DNA of 10,422 nucleotides, taken from contig NZ_SODD01000059.1 of the NCBI RefSeq assembly GCF_004365815.1, forward strand, positions 1 through 10,422, read 5' to 3'. Below, piece after piece: positions 1 to 6,732 of the stretch (positions within the stretch are counted from its first letter, which is position 1; every line of letters starts with the position of its first letter). Origin of the DNA: Breznakia blatticola (GTDB lineage: Bacteria > Bacillota_I > Bacilli_A > Erysipelotrichales > Erysipelotrichaceae). The notes beneath the pieces were generated by a model, which ran no database searches, was not told the origin of the DNA, and saw only the letters and a program-made list of their open reading frames with translations. The position numbers and the translations under genes were made by a program.

Positions 1-78
1 ACCTTCCTTATTTTTATATGGTAATCTTACATTTCAATGTATCATCATACATGTAACAATCTAAGTTAGGTGCGCATC

Positions 79-94
79 GGTTGAATTAAGCCTT
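79..94. repeat. Left copy of window-spanning inverted repeat (perfect 16-bp core GGTTGAATTAAGCCTT; degenerate outward extension to about 61)
   Basis: The reverse complement of 79-94 is identical to 10331-10346 (AAGGCTTAATTCAACC). Outward of the core, roughly 9 of the next 17 positions also match (pattern GGT..GCA..). It is followed by an A7 run at 95-101. Function unknown. Confidence 0.8.
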
Positions 95-250
95 AAAAAA
101 ATAGCTATTAATGTATGCGTATGTATTGTTATGTTTGGATGTCTATTGGAGAGTGTTGAATTGATAAACAATGAAAAGGTGCTACGTAAGGTTTCAAACT
201 TATCTACACAAGATACAATTAATAAACAAAAATTAACAACTGGAGTTAGA

Positions 251-1747
251 ATGAGTGCAACAGAAAGTTGGTCTTATATAAATGGAAAATGGTATTTAAA
301 ACGCGATGGTAAAATATATACAGGATGGTATAAGAATAACGAAGGATGGCATTATTTTCAAAAGAATGGTCAAATGGTTACGAATTGGCAATTTATAAAT
401 GGAAAATGGTATTACTTTAATGGGCGTGGAATAATTACGACTGGATGGTATAAAAACAACGAAGGATGGCACTATTTTAATCAAGAAGGCCATATGCAGA
501 CGGGGTGGCAAGTAATAAATGAAAAACAATACCTGTTCTCTTCAAGAGGAATAATTACAACTGGTTGGTATGAAAACAGTGAAGGATGGCACTATTTTAA
601 TCAAGAAGGACACATGCTGAAAGGTTATGTAGACGTAAATGGTAATACATATATATTCAAAAATAATGGAGTAATAACGACTGGTTGGTATTTTGCGAAT
701 GATGGAGTACGTTTTTTCAATAATCAAGGCCATATGTATAAAGGGTGGAGTACAATAAATAACAAGACCTATTTATTCCAAAATAATGGTATTATGGTTA
801 CTGGATGGTGGAAGACTAATTTAGGTACTCATTATTTCAACAATCAAGGTCATATGACAAGTGGCTGGGCTCAACTAGGAAATGTATGGTATTTATTTGA
901 AGACGGAGTTATGCATACAGGTTGGTTTAAAAATGAAGAGGGATGGCATTATTTCGATAGTCAAGGCCATATGTTAGTAGGAAGTCAATTTATTAATGGA
1001 ATACAATGCGAATTCAACGAAAGAGGAATATTAACAACAAATCTAGGCTGGCATGTTTCAAATGGTAGTAAGCAACTTTATAATGTGGGTGGTCAGGTTG
1101 TAAAGAACTATAATGGAGAAGTCGGTCGAAAACTTGTAATAGATGTCTCTGCTCATCAAGCAATAATTGACTGGGATCGAGTAAAAAATTATGGAGTTGA
1201 TGGAGTAATCCTTAGAGCGTCATATGGATATGCAAATGATAATTCACAGGTAGATGCACAACTTGCCAGAAATGTTAGGGAACTAGAGAGACTTCAGATA
1301 CCATATGGTGTTTATCATTTTAGTTATGCTAGAACAATAGAAGATGGAATAGGTGAAGCAAAATATTTATTTCAAACGTTAAGGTCTGTCAATGCTAAAC
1401 CGAAACTTGGTATTTATTATGATTTAGAGTATACAAGTTATGTTGGAGATAAATCTAGCCAGTTTTATGAGGAACTATTAAAGAAATTTATGGGACAAGC
1501 TGATCAAGAACTAAAATCGTTTGGAAGTTATAGTTTAGGTGTTTACGCAAATCAAAATTACTTTGAGAACAAATTAACAGGTAGCACTTTTGATAAATAT
1601 AAACGTTGGATTGCTAATTACGGATACAATGATGGTATGGCTTATTCATTGAGTTATAGAAAACCATATATGATGTGGCAATATACATCTGCTGGGTACA
1701 TTCCTGGAATAAATACAGCTGTTGATCAAAATGTAATGTTTGAGTAG
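251..1747 (+). CDS. Cell-wall hydrolase: N-terminal cell-wall-binding (CW_binding_1 / choline-binding-type) repeats plus a C-terminal GH25 muramidase (lysozyme) domain
   Basis: There are 14 roughly 20-aa repeats of the GW(Y/F)xxxxGWxYFxxxGxM type, arranged as seven 40-aa super-repeats. The C-terminal region 1129-1744 carries GH25 hallmarks (KLVIDVSAHQAIIDWDRVKNYGVDGVILRASYGY ... YYDLEY ... MWQYTS). I prefer ATG 251, with GGAG at 242-245 and a 5-nt spacer. Alternatives are TTG 161 (GGAG 148-151) or ATG 131 (no SD). No version of the N-terminus has a hydrophobic signal peptide. Confidence 0.9.
   Translation: MSATESWSYINGKWYLKRDGKIYTGWYKNNEGWHYFQKNGQMVTNWQFINGKWYYFNGRGIITTGWYKNNEGWHYFNQEGHMQTGWQVINEKQYLFSSRGIITTGWYENSEGWHYFNQEGHMLKGYVDVNGNTYIFKNNGVITTGWYFANDGVRFFNNQGHMYKGWSTINNKTYLFQNNGIMVTGWWKTNLGTHYFNNQGHMTSGWAQLGNVWYLFEDGVMHTGWFKNEEGWHYFDSQGHMLVGSQFINGIQCEFNERGILTTNLGWHVSNGSKQLYNVGGQVVKNYNGEVGRKLVIDVSAHQAIIDWDRVKNYGVDGVILRASYGYANDNSQVDAQLARNVRELERLQIPYGVYHFSYARTIEDGIGEAKYLFQTLRSVNAKPKLGIYYDLEYTSYVGDKSSQFYEELLKKFMGQADQELKSFGSYSLGVYANQNYFENKLTGSTFDKYKRWIANYGYNDGMAYSLSYRKPYMMWQYTSAGYIPGINTAVDQNVMFE
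269..1040 (+). repeat. Intragenic tandem repeat array (120-bp period, about 7 units) encoding the cell-wall-binding repeats
   Basis: For example, 431-500 and 551-620 are about 90% identical at the DNA level (ataattacNactggNtggta...gaaggatggcactattttaatcaagaagg). More diverged units lie at 311-380, 671-740, 791-860 and 911-980. Confidence 0.9.
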
Positions 1748-1777
1748 TATACTTTAATTTCAAAAAAAGTAATTATA

Positions 1778-1806
1778 TTGACATCAACAAAAAGTTAGTG
1801 TATAAA
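1778..1806 (+). promoter_or_regulatory. Sigma-A type promoter for the T-box/thrS transcription unit
   Basis: A perfect -35 TTGACA sits at 1778-1783. An exactly 17-nt spacer leads to the -10 TATAAA at 1801-1806, preceded by GTG. It lies just upstream of the T-box leader. Confidence 0.75.
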
Positions 1807-1811
1807 GTACA

Positions 1812-2025
1812 TAACAACTATGAAAAGGACAACAATCATGCAAATTGATGTAGAGAGTAAAGCGGTTGGTGAAAGCTTTATGAGAGATGTTTGATTTACT
1901 ACCTTGGAGTTGAACTCGAAAGATGTTCCGTCACTCGCGTTAAGAGGTTTGAGGTGTAATAGATTATTACACGAATTAAGGTGGTAACACGATGCATTCG
2001 TCCTTTGGGATGGATGCTTTTTTTA
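1812..2025 (+). promoter_or_regulatory. T-box leader (tRNA-sensing transcription attenuator), threonine specificity
   Basis: Stem I elements are present: TGATG/AGAGAGTAA at 1847-1860 and a GGTGAAAG distal loop at 1868-1875. Thr codons ACU (1898-1900) and ACC (1901-1903) lie in the expected specifier region. The conserved T-box sequence AATTAAGGTGGTAACACG at 1974-1991 matches the consensus AAUUAGGGUGGUACCGCG, including UGGU for the tRNA acceptor end. A terminator hairpin follows, and the downstream gene is thrS. Confidence 0.9.
1994..2024 (+). terminator. Intrinsic terminator (attenuator) of the T-box leader
   Basis: A 10-bp stem pairs 1994-2003 (GCATTCGTCC) with 2008-2017 (GGATGGATGC), including two G-U pairs. 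The loop is TTTG and a T7 run follows at 2018-2024. The 5' arm overlaps the 3' side of the T-box antiterminator region. Confidence 0.85.
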
Positions 2026-2041
2026 TAAGGAGATAACGATT

Positions 2042-3772
2042 ATGAACATGGATTTTTTAAATGATGAACGATTAAACCGATTAAATCATTCAGCTGCTCA
2101 CGTATTAGCGCAAGCAGTAAAACACCTTTACCCACAAGCTAAATTTTGGGTAGGACCAGTAGTAGAAGAAGGATTTTACTATGATATCGATTTAGGAGAA
2201 GATGTAATTCGTGATGAAGATATTCCTAAAATCGAAAAAGAAATGAAAAAGATTATTAAAGACGGGAAACGTATTGCCAGAGAAGAAATTTCAAAAGCAG
2301 AAGCTATTGAAATGTTTAAAGATGACGAATACAAACTTGATTTAATTAATGATCTAGAAGATGGAACAATTACTGTATATCGTCAAGGAGACTTTGTGGA
2401 TCTTTGTCGTGGACCTCATGTAGATACTGTAAAAGAAGTAAAAAACTTTAAGTTAATGAAACACTCTGGTGCATACTGGAAAGGTGACAAAAACAATAAA
2501 GTATTACAACGTATCTATGGAGTATGTTTTGAAACAAAAGAAGATTTGGAAGCATACTTAAACTTACTTGAAGAAGCAAAACGTCGTGACCACAAGAAAT
2601 TAGGTCGTGAGTTAGATATCTTTATGATGAGTGAGTACGCACCTGGTATGCCATTTTTCTTACCAAATGGAATGATTATTCGTAACTTACTAGAAGAATT
2701 CTGGTATGAAGTGCATAAAGATGATTACTCATTTATTAAGACACCAATTATGATGTCAAAAGAATTATGGGAACTAAGTGGACACTGGGCAAACTATCAA
2801 GACAATATGTATACTTGTGATGTAGATGACCGTGTATATGCAATTAAACCAATGAACTGTCCAGGTGGAATGCTAGTATATAAAAATGGATTGCATTCAT
2901 ATAAAGATCTTCCAATTCGCTCAGGAGAGCTAGGACAAGTTCACCGTCATGAAGCTAGTGGAGCTTTAAATGGTTTATTCCGTGTACGTACATTCACACA
3001 AGATGATGCACATATCTTTATGCGTGAAGATCAAATCGAAAGTGAAATCTTACGTTTATTAAAATTAATTGACAAGATTTATTCAACATTTAAACTGGAT
3101 TACCGTATTGAACTAAGTACTCGTCCAGAAGATAAATACATTGGAACAATTGAGTCATGGGATAAAAGTGAAGCAATCCTACAAAAAGCAATTGAAGCAA
3201 GTGGAAAAGAATGGAAGCTTAACCCAGGTGATGGAGCATTCTATGGTCCAAAACTAGACTTCCACATTCGTGATTCACTGGGAAGAAGCTGGCAATGTGG
3301 TACGATTCAACTTGATGCAAACTTACCTGAACGTTTTGATTTAACATATGTTGATGCAGATGGAACAAAGAAACGTCCAGTTATGTTACACCGTGCGATC
3401 TTTGGGTCAATTGAACGTTTCATTGGAATTCTGATTGAACACTATGCAGGAGCATTCCCAACTTGGCTAGCACCTGTTCAAGTAGCAGTCTTACCAGTTA
3501 AGAACGAATACCATTTAGACTATGCAAATGAAGTAGTAGAATTATTAAAAGCACAAGGGATTCGTGTTGACTTAGATGCACGCGAAGAAAAACTAGGATA
3601 CAGAATCCGTGAGAACCAAATGAAGAAATCACCATTTATGTTGATTTTAGGAGATACTGAACGTGATGAAAAAACAATTAGTTTCCGTCGTTATGGTGAA
3701 CAAAAAACAACAACTGTATCACAAGAAGAATTCGTTGCATTAGTAACAAAAGAAATTGAAACAAAAGAATAA
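2042..3772 (+). CDS. thrS: Threonine--tRNA ligase (ThrRS), class II, lacking the N-terminal TGS domain
   Basis: Editing-domain motifs HSAAHVL and CRGPHV are present. Catalytic and zinc-site motifs are present (MNCPGG, VHRHEASGAL, FTQDDAHIF, MLHRAIFGS). The C-terminal anticodon-binding domain is present (VAVLPV...). The SD AAGGAG lies at 2027-2032. The protein is 576 aa versus about 640 for canonical bacterial ThrRS. Confidence 0.97.
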   Translation: MNMDFLNDERLNRLNHSAAHVLAQAVKHLYPQAKFWVGPVVEEGFYYDIDLGEDVIRDEDIPKIEKEMKKIIKDGKRIAREEISKAEAIEMFKDDEYKLDLINDLEDGTITVYRQGDFVDLCRGPHVDTVKEVKNFKLMKHSGAYWKGDKNNKVLQRIYGVCFETKEDLEAYLNLLEEAKRRDHKKLGRELDIFMMSEYAPGMPFFLPNGMIIRNLLEEFWYEVHKDDYSFIKTPIMMSKELWELSGHWANYQDNMYTCDVDDRVYAIKPMNCPGGMLVYKNGLHSYKDLPIRSGELGQVHRHEASGALNGLFRVRTFTQDDAHIFMREDQIESEILRLLKLIDKIYSTFKLDYRIELSTRPEDKYIGTIESWDKSEAILQKAIEASGKEWKLNPGDGAFYGPKLDFHIRDSLGRSWQCGTIQLDANLPERFDLTYVDADGTKKRPVMLHRAIFGSIERFIGILIEHYAGAFPTWLAPVQVAVLPVKNEYHLDYANEVVELLKAQGIRVDLDAREEKLGYRIRENQMKKSPFMLILGDTERDEKTISFRRYGEQKTTTVSQEEFVALVTKEIETKE

Positions 3773-3805
3773 TATATAATACTTTTTATGCAATGGAGGT
3801 AAACT

Positions 3806-4762
3806 GTGATTTATTTAATTACTGGTGGAGCAGGATTTATGGGTTCTAATTTCTTGCTCTATATGATTGATAAGTATCCTTCAGATATATTTATTAATGT
3901 CGATAAATTAACGTATGCATCAAATAAAGAATACTTAAAAAGTGTAGAATCATTAGATAATTATATTTTTATAAAAGGTGACATTTGTAATAAGGATTTA
4001 CTAAAAGAAATATTTCAAAAATATCAAATTGATTGTGTTGTTAATTTCGCTGCTGAATCACATGTTGACAACAGTATTGAAAATCCAGAAAGTTTTTTCT
4101 ATACGAATATTATTGGAACATCAAACTTACTGGAATATTGTAGGATTTTCAATGTGAAGAAATACCATCAAATATCAACAGATGAGGTGTATGGAGATGT
4201 TGATATTGAAAGTACTGGTTCATTTAGTGAAGTAGATACATTAAATCCAAATAATCCATACAGTGCAAGTAAAGCTAGTGCTGACTTAATTTGTCTTTCA
4301 TATTATAAAACTTTTGGATTATCTGTAACAATTTCACGAAGTGCAAACAATATGGGACCAAATCAAAATGAAGAGAAATTAATCCCAAAAATTATCAATA
4401 ATGCAATCAGAAATAAACCTATCCCAATATACGGATATGGAACGAATGTGAGAGATTGGATTTATGTTGATGATCATAGTTCTGCAGTTGATCTAATTAT
4501 ACAAAGTGGAGTCGCAGGAAATATTTATAATGTTAGTGCACAAAATCCTATATCAAATATAAAGTTGGCGATGCTCATTTTAAATAAAATGAATAAACAA
4601 GACAGTCTTCTTAAATTTGTTGAAGATAGAAAGGCTCATGATGAAAAATATGCGATGAATACGTTTAAAATTCAACAATTAGGTTGGAGACCAAAGTATT
4701 CGTTTAAAAACGCACTTGAACGTACAATAACTTTGTTATGCAATCAATTCTCAAAAGATTGA
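3806..4762 (+). CDS. rmlB: dTDP-glucose 4,6-dehydratase-like extended SDR (RmlB/RfbB family)
   Basis: The start is GTG 3806, with GGAGG at 3795-3799. Motifs present: Rossmann TGGAGFMGSN, DKLTYASN, AAESHVDNS, STDEVYGD, catalytic YSASK, NNMGPNQNEEKLIP, YGYGTNVRDWIYVDDH and HDEKYAM. It lies only 33 bp after the thrS stop with no intervening terminator. No rmlA, rmlC or rmlD is in the window. Confidence 0.8.
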   Translation: MIYLITGGAGFMGSNFLLYMIDKYPSDIFINVDKLTYASNKEYLKSVESLDNYIFIKGDICNKDLLKEIFQKYQIDCVVNFAAESHVDNSIENPESFFYTNIIGTSNLLEYCRIFNVKKYHQISTDEVYGDVDIESTGSFSEVDTLNPNNPYSASKASADLICLSYYKTFGLSVTISRSANNMGPNQNEEKLIPKIINNAIRNKPIPIYGYGTNVRDWIYVDDHSSAVDLIIQSGVAGNIYNVSAQNPISNIKLAMLILNKMNKQDSLLKFVEDRKAHDEKYAMNTFKIQQLGWRPKYSFKNALERTITLLCNQFSKD

Positions 4763-4844
4763 TTGCGAATAGAATCGTTAATAGTCATTTTATCTTATGA
4801 AATTGTTTGGTTGAAAAGAATAGAAACAAGTTAATGGATTTACG

Positions 4845-4881
4845 AAAATGAGTAACTTTTATGCAGAGTACTCATTTTTTT
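4845..4881 (+). terminator. Intrinsic terminator ending the thrS-rmlB-like unit
   Basis: A 7-bp stem pairs ATGAGTA (4848-4854) with TACTCAT (4869-4875). It is flanked by A4 upstream and a T7 run at 4875-4881. The stem is AT-rich, so this is a moderate-strength call. Confidence 0.55.
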
Positions 4882-4889
4882 GTTATACT
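4881..4889 (+). promoter_or_regulatory. Possible extended -10 promoter (TGtTATACT) for the hydrolase operon
   Basis: TG at 4881-4882 and TATACT at 4884-4889 lie about 33 nt upstream of ATG 4922. No convincing -35 is present. This is a tentative call. Confidence 0.3.
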
Positions 4890-4921
4890 TATTATGTATT
4901 ATTATGCGTAGAGGTAGTTGT

Positions 4922-6721
4922 ATGAAATATAAAATTACTAGATTGTTAGGAATTACACTTCTTTCGTTTTCGCTATGTATCGTAGCAGGTTTTACCATGT
5001 CAAACCGTAATGAAGAAGCAATAGATGAGAATGATGGTTTTGAGGTGGGCGATACATTACCTGAAGAACATGTTTTTACGACGATGGATGAAAATGGAAA
5101 CATCGTAGAGATGGACGTCACGTCACTTGAAGAGAAAACACAAGAGGAAAACTCCAATGAAATAGGTACTATGGCTAGAACCCTAAACATGACTAGAGTT
5201 GTAGATCCTAGCTATGGGGTTGTAAACTTTAAGACTAAGTCAAGTGCTGGAGTGAACACATTATATACAATCGATGGATCAAATCTAAGTGGATACACGA
5301 ATGGATATTATGCTGCAGATGGTGCATTTCTTGGTAGAGCAAACGGAAAAGTTAAGTTCATGCAAGCTGGTGTTGTTGGATGGGTTGCAGAAGGTGATGT
5401 AACAGTTCTTAATTATGATAATTCATCACAAGTGAAATCAGTAAATTTCTATAAAATTGCAAATGGTAGAATCGTACACTACGCTACAAATGATATTTCT
5501 ACTAATTATTATGCAATGACTACAGATGTAGGTCCAAAGCAACCATATATGAATGAAGGTGGTATTTATTATAGTTATGATGGACACCACTTTTATGAAT
5601 CGTATCATAAGATGATTGATGATTATAAAGCGGGTGTTCGCACAAACTCAATTAACACAAAAGCTGGTTATAGTGCATATTATAACTATTATCAATATTT
5701 ATCGCATCGTTCAAAAACAAATATTACTGCCGCACAAATAGACAGTTTTGTGAATACGAAATCGTCAAGCAGTTCAAAGATGCGCAGCCAAGGTTCAAAT
5801 TTTATTTCAAATCAAAATAGTTATGGTTCAAACGCCTTACTTATGGTTGGAGTTGCAGCCAATGAAAGTGCTTGGGGAGATAGTGCAATTGCTAAACAAA
5901 AGAATAATTTGTTTGGGCATGCAGCATATGATTCTGACCCGTCAGGAAGTTCAAATGGATATTCTTCACCAGCATATAGTATTTACTATCATGCAAAGGT
6001 GTTTGTATCAGAAGGATATTTAGATCCTAAAGATTATGGTGGACGCTATTTTGGTGGACATTTAGGTGATAAAGCCAGCGGTATGAATGTGAAATACGCA
6101 TCAGATCCATATTGGGGCGAGAAAGCAGCAGCAGTTGCTTGGCAAATTGATAAAGCCAATAGTGGACAAAAAGATAGCGGTAAATATACACTAGCAGTAA
6201 AATCTGATATTACAAATGCAAACCTAAGACAAAATGCTTCAACTAGTTCAACTGCTGTATACCAAACAAGACAAGTTGCACATTTCCCATTTGTCGTTAT
6301 GGAAAAGACTAAAGGTAGTGCAGCAAATGGGTCAACAGTATGGTACAAAATTCAAAGTGATCCAACTCTGAATGCAAATCGTAGTGCAATAACTCAAGAT
6401 GTTGGAAACTATGACTTTAGTAAGTATTACTTATACATTCACGAAAGTACATTTGATGTCTTAGTGAATGGAAGTGGTTCTACTGGAGGAGAATCCAAAC
6501 CTGATCCGGACCCAACTCCACCAATTGAAAGCGAATACGCTCGGGGTGATGTAAATGGTGATGGTAAGATTACACCAGCTGATTATGTATTGATACGTAA
6601 TCACATCATGGGAAAAAACAAATTATCTGGTAAAGGATTAACTGCAGCAGATATGAATAAAGATGGTAAAATAACGCCAGCAGATTATGTACAAGTACGT
6701 AACAAAATCTTAGGAAAATAA
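4922..6721 (+). CDS. Secreted peptidoglycan hydrolase: signal/anchor peptide, SH3-like targeting region, GH73 N-acetylglucosaminidase domain, SH3b-like domain, Pro-rich linker and C-terminal dockerin module
   Basis: ATG 4922 is preceded by GAGG at 4911-4914, and the N-terminus MKYKITRLLGITLLSFSLCIVAGF is signal-like. The GH73 region spans about 5785-6155 (NALLMVGVAANESAWGDSAIAKQKNNLFG ... GMNVKYASDPYWGEKAA), with a putative catalytic Glu codon at 5864-5866. The linker is KPDPDPTPP. The dockerin spans 6545-6718 with duplicated Ca-binding F-hand segments, DVNGDGKITPADYVLIRNHI and DMNKDGKITPADYVQVRNKI. Confidence 0.9.
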   Translation: MKYKITRLLGITLLSFSLCIVAGFTMSNRNEEAIDENDGFEVGDTLPEEHVFTTMDENGNIVEMDVTSLEEKTQEENSNEIGTMARTLNMTRVVDPSYGVVNFKTKSSAGVNTLYTIDGSNLSGYTNGYYAADGAFLGRANGKVKFMQAGVVGWVAEGDVTVLNYDNSSQVKSVNFYKIANGRIVHYATNDISTNYYAMTTDVGPKQPYMNEGGIYYSYDGHHFYESYHKMIDDYKAGVRTNSINTKAGYSAYYNYYQYLSHRSKTNITAAQIDSFVNTKSSSSSKMRSQGSNFISNQNSYGSNALLMVGVAANESAWGDSAIAKQKNNLFGHAAYDSDPSGSSNGYSSPAYSIYYHAKVFVSEGYLDPKDYGGRYFGGHLGDKASGMNVKYASDPYWGEKAAAVAWQIDKANSGQKDSGKYTLAVKSDITNANLRQNASTSSTAVYQTRQVAHFPFVVMEKTKGSAANGSTVWYKIQSDPTLNANRSAITQDVGNYDFSKYYLYIHESTFDVLVNGSGSTGGESKPDPDPTPPIESEYARGDVNGDGKITPADYVLIRNHIMGKNKLSGKGLTAADMNKDGKITPADYVQVRNKILGK

Positions 6722-6732
6722 TGAGGAATTCG

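Noticed and set aside
1-78. Reverse-strand SD-like AAGGAAGG at the extreme left edge (complement of 1-10), suggesting a divergent minus-strand gene starting beyond the window
   Set aside because: The start codon and gene body lie outside the window. Candidate -35/-10 elements (TTGTTA ... TGAAAT on the minus strand) are weak. It cannot be supported as a feature from the available sequence.
131-250. Longer N-terminal extension of the lysin ORF (ATG 131 or TTG 161)
   Set aside because: ATG 131 has no SD. The 40 extra residues are neither a signal peptide nor part of a repeat. ATG 251 has GGAG at good spacing and starts right at the first wall-binding repeat. TTG 161 remains a possible alternative, so this rejection is soft.
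296-733. Minus-strand ORFs 296-529 (77 aa) and 542-733 (63 aa)
   Set aside because: They lie fully antisense to the repeat region of the GH25 lysin gene. Their low-complexity I/F/P-rich products mirror the sense-strand repeats. They have no SD and are shadow ORFs.
4840-5190. Minus-strand ORF 4840-5190 (116 aa), and the 4880-4921 extension of the hydrolase ORF
   Set aside because: The minus-strand ORF is antisense to the 5' end of the GH73 gene and runs through the upstream terminator. The sense extension (MLYLLCIIMRRGSC) starts inside the terminator T-run without an SD, whereas ATG 4922 has GAGG and opens a proper signal peptide.
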